Shown piece after piece: positions 1 to 21,299 of a DNA stretch of 64,000 nucleotides (the first letter of the stretch is position 1; every line of letters begins with the position of its first letter). Made by a program: the position numbers and the translations under genes. The DNA comes from an uncultured Gemmatimonadales bacterium (GTDB taxonomy: Bacteria; Gemmatimonadota; Gemmatimonadetes; Longimicrobiales; Longimicrobiaceae), in contig OY970303.1 of NCBI GenBank assembly GCA_963716255.1, positions 2,336,001 through 2,400,000 on the forward strand, read 5' to 3'. The notes under the pieces were generated by a model. The model made no database searches, was not told where the DNA came from, and saw only the letters and a program-made list of their open reading frames with translations.

Positions 1-12841
<12,841 letters not shown>

Positions 12842-13629
12842 GGATAACCCGGATTTGCGACCCAGCGAGCACAGCCGATGCTGTTGGGTGGGCGCGTAAG
12901 GAAGAGGTCAAAACGAGCCCGGTGGCTAAACGGCATCGATGGGCCGCATGGGCTGCGGGATCAGGCTCGCGGGAACCGGGACCGTCCCGCGTCCGGAACC
13001 GGAGCGATTCCGATCCAGGGGTTGCACGGGTGTGGCGAGAGGTCTTCCGCCGCAGAGGCAACGGAGAGCCGTCCAGGGCCACGGCAAGCGCCTTCCCGCC
13101 GGAAGCTGGTGCTACCCGGGGCCGGGAAGGCCTTGACCAGAGCGGCCATGGCGGTGGTGAGCACGCCGGGGGTGCAGGCCCACGGGAAAAGCGCCTCCTT
13201 TCGCTTTTCGCCCTCGACTCGTCGAGAGGGCGGACACGGCCCTCAGCGGTGGGGCCGGTCTGCGCCTGAGCGTAGCTGCAAAGTGGAGATGCGCTACGGA
13301 CTCCGTCGCTGGCGGCTAATAACAGCAGAGAAAAAGATCTCCCCGGAACGACGGTTCCGTCAAGACACGACGGCCCTCCATCTCGCGAGCCGCGACGAAC
13401 GGATTGTCCGATATCGTGCGTGCCAACCGGGCACCGCGGTGACCTTTTCAGCGAAATTTTTCCATGCTCCCCATGCGGAATTTTGGTCGATTACGAGCGC
13501 GACTACCTTGACAGCATCCATGCGCTTTCTTATTCATCCTACCCCTTTCACGTCAGTCCGCGGCGGTCGGTGGGCAGCGATCTCCGGCAACCCGGGTACC
13601 CCGTGGAGACCGGGTTGTCACACGGTCCG

Positions 13630-14281
13630 TCCCTGCTCCTAGTCGAGGCGCACGGCCCGCCACCGCACCAGCAGACGTGGAGAGCTCATGGCGCCCTCCT
13701 CTTCCGCCGCCGACAGCCGTCGCGTGTACCGCCGCATCCCCCCCGGCATCCGCGAGCGCTTCGGGCGGCTGGGGGTGATGTACGTGCGCAACTACACGCC
13801 GTGGATGGACCTTCCCTGGCAGAACGTCTTCCAGGCCGAGACGCCCGAGGAAGTGGACGAGTACTGCCGGTCCGCGGGCATCGAGGCGGAGTGGGTGGAC
13901 GAGGACCACCCGCGCACCCGGCAGGTGTGCCAGGGGGTGGCCACGCACCCCGCCACCGGCGAGAAGGTGTGGATGAACCAGGCGCACCTGTTCCACGTGT
14001 CCAGCCAGGACCCGGACGTGGTGGAGGTCCCGCTGGCGGAGTTCGGCGAGGAAAGCCTGCCGCGCAACACCTACTACGGCGACGGCTCGCCCATCGACCC
14101 GGAGGACTTCGCCGCCATCCGCGCCGCGTACGAGGCCGAGGCGCTGGTCTTCCCCTGGGAAACGGGCGACGTGCTGCTGCTGGACAACATGCTCATGGCG
14201 CACGCGCGCTCCCCCGCGGGGCCAGCCTTTCAGGCGACCGACCACGCTCTCCCACAGCCTCTCCCAGGATACGATGTCTGA
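13630..14281 (+). pseudogene. SyrP-like TauD/TfdA-family Fe(II)/2OG dioxygenase remnant (internal deletion plus frameshift, altered C-terminus)
   Basis: C-terminal half present: ADSRRVY, VMYVRNY, HPATGEKVWMNQAHLFH, LPRNTYYGDGSPI, WETGDVLLLDNMLMAHAR. The N-terminal motif HGALLFR lies in another frame directly upstream. The segment with the HxD/E iron ligands is missing. Confidence 0.8.
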
Positions 14282-15428
14282 TGTGGTGATCGTCGGAGCG
14301 GGCATCATCGGGACGAGCATCGCCTACCACCTTGCACGTCGGGGATGCAGCAGCGTACGCGTGCTGGAGCGCCATGCCGGTCCCGGCCTGGGCAGCACGG
14401 GCAGGGCCACGGGCGGGTTTCGTGCACAGTTCGGGTCGGAGGTGAACGTCGGGCTGTCGCTCCTGTCGCGTGAGAGGCTGCTCGGCTTCCGTGACGAGAC
14501 AGGGGTCGATCCCGGCCTTAGATCCTGCGGCTACCTCGTCCTGGCGCAGCACCAGGACACTCTCGCCAAGCTCGACGCGCTCCGGGAGGTGCAGCGCCGC
14601 GCCGGGTTTACGGGTGCGAACCGCGTGAGCATCGAAGAGATCCGGGAAATCAATCCCGCAGTCCGCGTGGACGACCTCTGCGGGGGTATGTTCTGCCCCA
14701 GCGATGGATTCCTCCGGCCGCTGGACATCCTGCGGGGGTATGAGGATGCGGCTCGCCGTCTCGGCGTGCGCTTCGACTACCAGCAGCCCTGTCTCGGCTT
14801 CCGCATGCTCGGGAACCGCATCGTCGCCGTCGAGACACAGTCCGAGCTGATCTCCACCGGGTGCGTGGTGAACGCGGCCGGAGCGTGGGCGGCGCTGGTG
14901 GGACGCTATGCGGGCATCGAGATCGGCGTCACCCCGGTACGACGGCAGGTGGCGATGACGGGACCATTCGACCGGCTCCCGGAGGGCATGCCCATGACGA
15001 TCTTCGCGGACGATGGATTTCACCTGCGGGTCCGGGATGGGCGCGTGCTCCTGCTCTGGCCGGACATGCCACGGACTGCCGATCCGTTCGACGACTCCGT
15101 CGAGCCGGCGTGGCTCGACAGGGTCTGGACCCGGGCCCGGGAGCGGGTTCCCTGCCTCGCAGACGCATCCGTCCGGCTGGAAGACTGCTGGGGCGGTCTT
15201 TACGAGATGTCCGCGGACCGGCACGCACTCCTCGGCAAGGCTCCTGGAATCGAGAATTTCTACCTTGCAAACGGCTCGTCCGGGCATGGGGTCATGCATG
15301 CACCCGCGCTGGGCCAGCTCCTCGCCGAGATCATTCTGGACGGGAGTGCGAGCACGCTGGGCGTCCACGCTCTGCGACCCGGGCGGTTCGCGGAGGCGCA
15401 GCCGAACGTCGCGTCCGTGCTGCTTTGA
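14274..15428 (+). CDS. FAD-dependent oxidoreductase, DAO / sarcosine oxidase beta-subunit-like family
   Basis: DVVIVGAGIIG Rossmann motif, GSTGRATG, VVNAAGAWA, WGGLYEMSAD, NGSSGHGVMHAPALG; 384 aa. Confidence 0.9.
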   Translation: MSDVVIVGAGIIGTSIAYHLARRGCSSVRVLERHAGPGLGSTGRATGGFRAQFGSEVNVGLSLLSRERLLGFRDETGVDPGLRSCGYLVLAQHQDTLAKLDALREVQRRAGFTGANRVSIEEIREINPAVRVDDLCGGMFCPSDGFLRPLDILRGYEDAARRLGVRFDYQQPCLGFRMLGNRIVAVETQSELISTGCVVNAAGAWAALVGRYAGIEIGVTPVRRQVAMTGPFDRLPEGMPMTIFADDGFHLRVRDGRVLLLWPDMPRTADPFDDSVEPAWLDRVWTRARERVPCLADASVRLEDCWGGLYEMSADRHALLGKAPGIENFYLANGSSGHGVMHAPALGQLLAEIILDGSASTLGVHALRPGRFAEAQPNVASVLL

Positions 15429-15859
15429 CAGCATCCAATACCCCGCCGGCTCTCCCGCCATCCAGGAGCACCGCCCTGCCGAGCGGTCCAGCCATTCGGC
15501 TCTGGGCCGGCCCCGGGGGGCCTACCGCCGATCGAGCGCGTTGAAGAACGGCTGCAAGAACACGCACGGGAGCATTGGACCCCAAGATGTTGCGAACAGC
15601 AATTTACCAACGCACCTAACACGCATCCGACAGAGCAGCGCTACACGCTACGCGACAAGAAAATCCGTAGCGCTGTGGACATCATGCGCGCCATGGCCAG
15701 GCGGGCGACGCTCGGCGTGACTACGCACGGAGAGAACGTACCCTGCGGTTGTCCAAAGAGGTAGTCGGCTCGGACAGTGTGATACGGAATGCGGGTGGAT
15801 CGGTGTGTCGTTCGTCGGGGAGGGCTGTTCCGTCGTGCGAGCTTGCCCAACACCGGTGT

Positions 15860-16620
15860 TAGAGCGGTTTGCGGCCGGGAGTGAAATATGCGGGGGAGCG
15901 GGTCTACCTCGGCAGAGGAGGAGCCCATGCCCAGCCCGTACTCAATGGACCTGCGTGAGCGGGTGGTCGCCGCCTGTAAGGCTGGCGATCTGACCTGAGA
16001 GCAGGTTGCGCTGCAATTCAGCATCGGAACGACCACCGTCTTCAACTACCTGAAGCGCCGTGGGGGCAAGAACGGTCTGGCAGCGTCCCCCACGCGGGCG
16101 GCACCGAATCGGGTCTGGACCGTACGGTGCTGCGTGAGATTGTGGAGGCAAAGAACGACGCCACACTCGAAGAGTACGCGCTCCTGCGGGCCGGTACGAG
16201 CGTCTGACGCTGCTGGGCGCGATGTCGCTCTCGGGTTTATGCGCGCTGATGACGATCCCTGCGTTGACGAACGCGCCTGTCTTCCAGGAGTTCGTCAACC
16301 AAGTGCTGGTGCCGAATCTGAGGGCCGGGCAGACGGTCATCTTGGACAACCTGCCGGCCCACAAGCGCCCCAGCGTGAGGACCTCGATCGAAAAGGCAGG
16401 ATGCAAGCTCCTCTTCCTGCGGCGGTATAGCCCCGACTTCAACCCGATCGAGCCCTGCTGGAGCAGGATGGAGAACGAGCTTCGCACGCGCGCTGCGCGC
16501 ACGCTACGTTGGAAGGGGCAGTGGCAGCAGCGATGGAGTCGATCACCCCGGGCAACGCCCGCAGCTGGTTCGCCTATTGCGGCTATAAGCTCGCTCCCGA
16601 CTGACCAGCAAACCGCTCTA
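15860..16620 (+). mobile_element. Defective, internally deleted IS630-family element
   Basis: Terminal IRs including the duplicated TA: TAGAGCGGTTTGC (15860) and GCAAACCGCTCTA (16620). Transposase remnants MPSPYSMDLRERVVAA...(TGA stop) and VILDNLPAHK...YSPDFNPIEPCWS. Confidence 0.88.
15927..16590 (+). pseudogene. IS630-family transposase pseudogene
   Basis: RBS GAGGAG before ATG 15927; in-frame TGA after 23 codons; frameshifts; C-terminal DDE motifs DNLxxH and YSPDFNPIE retained. Confidence 0.85.
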
Positions 16621-16705
16621 GGCCGCGATCGCTTCCAACTGTAGGGCCAACCCCAATAAAGCTAAATTCACAGGTGACTTGAATGCTTCCCCGTGTCGCA
16701 AATGA

Positions 16706-17155
16706 TCACATCTCGAATCCATACTTCTCTCGGAGAAAACGCTCGACCTCCTCGTTGGGCTTTTCGTCATAGCACGATGCCACAATCTTGCCGTACTGTT
16801 CCAAGTCAAGCATGCCGTCACCCGTTATGGCACGTGAGAATTCCTTCTCCCGGTGCGGGTCGACGAGAACGAAGTAGTATGCCCATCGGCCAGTCGAATC
16901 CTTGGCCTTCAACTTGTGAATCAGATGCCCTGCACGGCCGTCGACAACTCTGACGTCCGTCTTTCGAATCCATCTGCAGAGGAAGTACAGGGAGACGAAC
17001 CATGGTACCGATAGCACGATCATCTTGGCTTCGAGAGTCGACTCTGACACTCCAATGGCCAGCAGGATCGCGGTTACGCTGACCACTGCCAACGAGGATG
17101 CACCAAGAATGAGGAAGCCACACTGTGGTTCTGTGCCTTCGGCGAAGCTGCTCAT
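16706..17155 (-). CDS. Hypothetical protein with two N-terminal hydrophobic segments and a soluble C-terminal domain; putative integron cassette gene
   Basis: 149-aa ORF with an ATGA overlap with the upstream ORF; low GC; protein-like C-terminus (AKDSTGRWAYYFVLV...LDLEQYGKIVASCY). Confidence 0.65.
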   Translation of the reverse strand: MSSFAEGTEPQCGFLILGASSLAVVSVTAILLAIGVSESTLEAKMIVLSVPWFVSLYFLCRWIRKTDVRVVDGRAGHLIHKLKAKDSTGRWAYYFVLVDPHREKEFSRAITGDGMLDLEQYGKIVASCYDEKPNEEVERFLREKYGFEM

Positions 17156-17550
17156 GCCCCCTCCCCGTCCGCGGTCTTAGCAGGACGAACGCGCTGACGC
17201 AACAGGAAGTACATGTCCAAGGAAAGCCATACAAAATAGCCAACCGTTCCGAGCAAAGCAGCGTAGACGTCGACCCAGTGCAGGAGAGGGCCGAGAAACT
17301 CGCCAGGTGGGAAAAGCATCGGCACGGCGTTTCGCGCTATGAAGAAACATCCTAACAGAACGAGAAACACAAGTGTGGTTTGGAAGGTGTGGCGGACGAG
17401 CGCATAGTACTCACCAAACAGTCGTCGGAGGCCCGCCACGATAGTGTCGGAATAAGTTGTCACCACACGCCTCTGGGGAGGTGGTTTCGGTGTGCGCTGC
17501 GACGACGGCGAACCAGCCTGTTCATGGGTGCTGTCGCGGGAGGGTATCAC
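17152..17550 (-). CDS. Hypothetical membrane protein (2 TM); putative first ORF of an integron cassette
   Basis: Begins ~20 nt after the attC R' box; hydrophobic segments TTLVFLVLLGCFFIA and VYAALLGTVGYFVWLSL. Confidence 0.6.
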   Translation of the reverse strand: MIPSRDSTHEQAGSPSSQRTPKPPPQRRVVTTYSDTIVAGLRRLFGEYYALVRHTFQTTLVFLVLLGCFFIARNAVPMLFPPGEFLGPLLHWVDVYAALLGTVGYFVWLSLDMYFLLRQRVRPAKTADGEGA

Positions 17551-17570
17551 CTGCGGCTGCTACGAAGTTT

Positions 17571-17670
17571 CCCTAACGGCCTAAGGGTCAGGGGTGCGGG
17601 GCCGGCGCGCAAGACTTTCGTCTGGCGAAATCATGGACGGCCCCGCATCCCCTGCAGACGATTGTTAGAC
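17571..17670 (-). other. attC: Integron attC site (100 bp)
   Basis: Minus strand: R'' GTCTAAC, then aatcgt CTGCAGGGGATGCGGGGCCG ... CGGCCCCGCACCCCTGA ccc ttaggcc, then R' GTTAGGG. Imperfect palindrome located just after a gene stop. Confidence 0.85.
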
Positions 17671-17710
17671 CGTGCGACTACTGAGTCGGTTTTCGCTGTA
17701 CAGCCACGTC

Positions 17711-17832
17711 TCACCGGCGCTTTGCTGTGTCGAGAAGCATCTGCAGTTCTTGGTCAGCAGCTGTTGCCAAGCGCATGGCGAATTCAGCTTCAACGCGGGT
17801 TTCGTGGCTTTCGTCAGTAGCTCGAAACCAAA
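17711..17832 (-). pseudogene. 3' half of an ~80-aa cassette gene split by the IS1595 transposon (5' half at 22642-22770)
   Basis: Removing 17833-22649 restores one frame: MERTWTDKRNGKEWKVEA...PWRIWF-RATDESHETRVEAEFAMRLATAADQELQMLLDTAKRR*. Confidence 0.85.
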
Positions 17833-17908
17833 CGGAAGTATGTACTTGACGAAACCCCGCTCCGGGGGGGGTGAAGCTCGTTAAGGCATAACAGGCAGGT
17901 ACACAGCA

Positions 17909-17943
17909 GATCGGGGCCGCTCACCACTGGAGCGGCTCCGATC
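17909..17943 (-). terminator. Hairpin downstream of the Cys-rich peptide gene; possible terminator
   Basis: GATCGGGGCCGCTC-7 nt-GAGCGGCTCCGATC, 14-bp stem with one mismatch; U-tract weak. Confidence 0.5.
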
Positions 17944-17967
17944 GTTTGGGAGGGGATGACGACTTAC

Positions 17968-18189
17968 TTAGTTGTAGATACACTCACAGTAGTAAAACCC
18001 AAACCAGGTGCAGCGTCCCGTGCCCGGACCCGCGCACTGATTTTCGCACCACACCACCATGTTCGAGTCACACCCCTCCCATGACGACAGTTTGGGAGCC
18101 GCAAGCGCCTGTGTGGCCCCGAACCCGAACACGATCACGCAGGAGGTGCCGAACAGCATTCGGCGCAGGTGGATGAACGAACGGCTCAT
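17968..18189 (-). CDS. Secreted six-Cys CSalphabeta defensin-like peptide precursor (73 aa)
   Basis: RBS GGAGG before ATG 18189. Signal peptide MSRSFIHLRRMLFGTSCVIVFGFGATQALA; mature part APKLSSWEGCDSNMVVWCENQCAGPGTGRCTWFGFYYCECIYN (C-x7-C-x3-C-x7-C-x7-C-x-C, with GxC). Confidence 0.8.
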   Translation of the reverse strand: MSRSFIHLRRMLFGTSCVIVFGFGATQALAAPKLSSWEGCDSNMVVWCENQCAGPGTGRCTWFGFYYCECIYN

Positions 18190-18295
18190 AACGTCCTCCG
18201 GTGAAGCAGTGGACCCGCGTGCGGTGCGGGCGCGAGAGGGAGAGAGCACGTTAAGCGCCAATCAGGTGAGCGGCAACGATCCTGTAATTTTGTAC

Positions 18296-18324
18296 TTGAC
18301 AAAACCTGTCAGCAAACTTACATT
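18296..18324 (+). promoter_or_regulatory. Sigma70-like promoter for the IS1595 transposase
   Basis: TTGACA-17 nt-TACATT, 45 nt upstream of ATG 18369. Confidence 0.65.
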
Positions 18325-18368
18325 CCTTACACGAAGTTTGCTTGCCCACTTAGACCCGACTCCGAACG

Positions 18369-19346
18369 ATGGCCCGCAGCCAGTGCCCCGTAGGCGAGAA
18401 CAAGACCGAAGTCGTTGCCGCGCTCCCAAAGGCGTGCAGCGACGAAGCTACCGCCGTGGCGCTGGTGGAGCAGATGCGTTGGAACGACTGCCCCGCGTGC
18501 CCCCGGTGTGGCGATACCGACGTGTACCAGATGCAGAGCAACAAGGGCGGGCGGCAGGCGAATTTCCGCTGGCGCTGCCGTGGTTGCGAGCGCCAGTACA
18601 CCGTGCGGACCGGCACTGTCATGGAGGACAGCGCCATTCCCATGCGGCACTGGTGCCTGGCCTTCTGGCTCGCCTGCTCTTCCAAGAAGGGTATGAGCGC
18701 GCTCCAGATTCAGCGGCTTTCGGGGCTCTCCTACAAGAGCGCCCTGTTCCTGCTGCACCGCGTCCGCTTCGCCATGGTGGAGACGGGCGGCGCTCCGCTT
18801 ACGGGCACGGTCGAGGTTGACGAGACGTACGTGGGCGGGAAGCCGCGGAAGACGAACCGGGTTGAGGATCGGGTGCCGGCGAAGCGCGGACGGGGGACCA
18901 AGAAGCAGCCCGTGGTCGCCATGGTGGAGCGCGGCGGGCGCGTCCGTACTCGGGTGGTGGCGAACGTGACCGCCGCCAATCTGCGGGAGGCGATGCAGGA
19001 CCACGTCCACCCGTCCGCCTGCATCGTGACTGACGAGCTGAGCGTGTACCCGTCTGCTACTCGCGGCTTCGCGCAGCACCGCACGGTTAACCACGGGTGC
19101 GGCGAGTACTCGTACACGGCTGCGGATGGCTTCACCGTCTCGACCAATCGCGCGGAAGGCTTCTTCTCCCTGGTGAAGCGGTCCATCTACGGCGTGTACC
19201 ACAACGTCTCCCGCGAGCACCTGCACCGCTACATCACTGAGCGGGAGTTTGTGTACAACACCCGGCGGCTGGACGATGGGGCGCGGGTGGTGACGGCGAT
19301 CCGCATGAGCGAGGGGAAGCGCTTGCGATATCGGCTACCGAACTGA
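18369..19346 (+). CDS. IS1595-family (ISXO2-like) DDE transposase
   Basis: Zn ribbon CPRCG...WRCRGC; SSKKGMSALQIQR HTH; VEVDETYVGGK, IVTDE, TNRAEGFFS, YHNVSREHLHRYITE. Confidence 0.95.
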   Translation: MARSQCPVGENKTEVVAALPKACSDEATAVALVEQMRWNDCPACPRCGDTDVYQMQSNKGGRQANFRWRCRGCERQYTVRTGTVMEDSAIPMRHWCLAFWLACSSKKGMSALQIQRLSGLSYKSALFLLHRVRFAMVETGGAPLTGTVEVDETYVGGKPRKTNRVEDRVPAKRGRGTKKQPVVAMVERGGRVRTRVVANVTAANLREAMQDHVHPSACIVTDELSVYPSATRGFAQHRTVNHGCGEYSYTAADGFTVSTNRAEGFFSLVKRSIYGVYHNVSREHLHRYITEREFVYNTRRLDDGARVVTAIRMSEGKRLRYRLPN

Positions 19347-19460
19347 GTCTCATGCCGCAAGTAGTGACAAGTCAGATACTTAGACACCCGTTGTTAACGG
19401 GAGGGCGGTACCGTAAGTTTAGCTTGCGGCCCGCCCTCCCCGGACCCCCAAAGCGCTACC

Positions 19461-20618
19461 ATGTCAACCAGCCCGACCGACTTCATGAACCCGGTTGTTC
19501 TCGCGTGGGCGCGAGAGCGTGCCGGGTTTCAGCCGTCAGTCGCGGCGCGGAAGATCGGTGTCGAAGAGTCGGAACTAGGCGCGTGGGAGACTGGACAGGC
19601 CCGGCCTTCCATCGTCCAGTTGCGGAAGGCGGCAGAGACCTACCGGCGCCCCCTCGCACTGTTCTTCCTACCGGAGCCGCCGCGCGGAATCAACACGCTC
19701 CATGACTACCGGCTCCATGCTGGACAGGAAGCCGGGATTTTGTCGCCTGAACTCTCCGTGGCCCTCCAGACGGCGCGGGAGCGGCGCGAGATACTTCTCG
19801 ACCTACTTGAAGAGGAGCCGGAGCCGTTCCCGGTTCGGGCGTCCCTTGAGGAGCATCCAGAGGACGTTGCTAGCCGGCTCCGCCAGCACTTGGGGGTTAC
19901 GCTAGAACAGCAGCATAAGACCGACACCGCTGGAAAGTCTCTTGCGCTCTGGCGCGGTGCGGTGGAAACTGTTGGCGTGCTGGTGTTCCAGGCTGGCGGG
20001 ATCCCGGAAACGCAGATGCGCGGGGTCTCAATCAGTGAGAGTTCGCTTCCGGTAATCATTCTGAACGGCAAGGACACGGCGCGCGGGAAACTGTTCTCCC
20101 TGCTTCACGAGCTAACCCACCTCGCCTTGCATGAAGGCGGTGTGTGTGTTCTCGCGGAGAATCAGCGGATTGAGACCTTTTGCAACCGGGTTGCAGCCGC
20201 TACGCTTGTGCCCCGCGCAGCGTTGGAGCGCGAACCACTTGTGTCCAACCGCCGCGCAATGCTTGACTGGACAGACGAAGAACTCCGGCGCTTGTCCCGC
20301 AAGTTCTCAGTGAGCGCCGAAATGCTGCTCCTTCGGTTGGTGCACATTGGTAGGGCGACGCAAGCATTCTACGAGAAGAAACGGCCGGAGTTCCTGCTCG
20401 CCTACGAACGCCAGAAGGCCAAGCAGAAGGCGAAAGAGAGCGGGCCGACCTACTATCAGATGTACTTCCGTGACAACGGATTGCCGTTTGTCCGGGGCGT
20501 GCTGGCAGCGTATTATGAGGAGCGTGCTACCCTACGCGACGTGACAAGCTTTCTCGGCGTGAAGGTCAAGACATTGCCCCGGATCGAACGGGAAGCTTGG
20601 GCCTCGGAGGGATACTGA
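19461..20618 (+). CDS. Xre-HTH + ImmA/IrrE-family Zn metallopeptidase fusion
   Basis: N-terminal HTH (LAWARERAG...WETGQARPSIVQL); FSLLHELTH (HExxH); ETFCNRVAA; FSVS. Start may be ATG 19485. Confidence 0.9.
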   Translation: MSTSPTDFMNPVVLAWARERAGFQPSVAARKIGVEESELGAWETGQARPSIVQLRKAAETYRRPLALFFLPEPPRGINTLHDYRLHAGQEAGILSPELSVALQTARERREILLDLLEEEPEPFPVRASLEEHPEDVASRLRQHLGVTLEQQHKTDTAGKSLALWRGAVETVGVLVFQAGGIPETQMRGVSISESSLPVIILNGKDTARGKLFSLLHELTHLALHEGGVCVLAENQRIETFCNRVAAATLVPRAALEREPLVSNRRAMLDWTDEELRRLSRKFSVSAEMLLLRLVHIGRATQAFYEKKRPEFLLAYERQKAKQKAKESGPTYYQMYFRDNGLPFVRGVLAAYYEERATLRDVTSFLGVKVKTLPRIEREAWASEGY

Positions 20619-20623
20619 CGCAT

Positions 20624-21091
20624 ATGGCTCAGTACTGCTTTGACACGAATGCTTTCATCACCTCATGGCATAAGCGGTACCCGGTCGAAGTGTTCCCAAG
20701 TCTTTGGGCACAGCTCTCCGACTGCGCCAACGACGGCACCATCATCAGTCCGGATGAAGTTTACCGCGAGATTCAGAAGCAGAAGGATCCGCTGTATCAC
20801 TGGGTAAAAGACCGTAAGTGCCTATTCTATCCTGTTGATGCTCCACTGGCGCAGTCTCTCAGCGAGATTTACGAAGTAGAGCATTTCCGGCGCATGGTCG
20901 AGACTGGCCGAAACGCGGCTGATCCGTGGGTTGTCGCTCTTGCACGTATCACCGGCCGGACTGTGGTAACAGAGGAGTCGAGGAGTACAAAGCCGGTGAA
21001 GAACCCCAAGATTCCGAACGTTTGCGAGCACTTCAGCGTGCGATGGATTCCGTTTGCGGACTTTCTGCGCGAAACTGGCTGGAGCTTTTGA
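20624..21091 (+). CDS. PIN-domain protein, DUF4411-like
   Basis: YCFDTNAFI, FPSLW, EVYREI, ADPWVVALA, TVVTEE, KIPNVC; 5 nt after the ImmA gene. Confidence 0.88.
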   Translation: MAQYCFDTNAFITSWHKRYPVEVFPSLWAQLSDCANDGTIISPDEVYREIQKQKDPLYHWVKDRKCLFYPVDAPLAQSLSEIYEVEHFRRMVETGRNAADPWVVALARITGRTVVTEESRSTKPVKNPKIPNVCEHFSVRWIPFADFLRETGWSF

Positions 21092-21103
21092 GGGAGATAA
21101 GCC

Positions 21104-21283
21104 ATGGCAGAGACTGACGGCTATAAGGGTGAGCGCCAGAAGCCCGGCCCGAAGCCCGAAACCTTCAAGGTGGAGGGGATGGATTGGGAAGAGGCGATGA
21201 AGCGGGCACTACAGGTGAAGCGCCCGCCGGAAGGATGGCCGGAAGAGGTGAAGCGGACACCAAAGAAGCGCGGCCCGAAGTAG
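21104..21283 (+). CDS. Small basic hypothetical protein (59 aa), below the ORF-track cutoff
   Basis: RBS GGGAG; MAETDGYKGERQKPGPKPETFKVEGMDWEEAMKRALQVKRPPEGWPEEVKRTPKKRGPK*. Confidence 0.65.
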   Translation: MAETDGYKGERQKPGPKPETFKVEGMDWEEAMKRALQVKRPPEGWPEEVKRTPKKRGPK

Positions 21284-21295
21284 GGGCCGCGCTTC
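21265..21295. terminator. Hairpin between convergent genes; possible bidirectional terminator
   Basis: Perfect 12-bp stem GAAGCGCGGCCC / GGGCCGCGCTTC with a 7-nt loop. Confidence 0.55.
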
Positions 21296-21299
21296 GCTT

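Noticed and set aside
13508..15437. 13-bp direct repeat TTGACAGCATCCA (13508-13520 and 15425-15437) flanking the SyrP/oxidase unit
   Set aside because: Could be chance at this length; no other sign of an insertion. The left copy may be just a -35 box with a poor -10.
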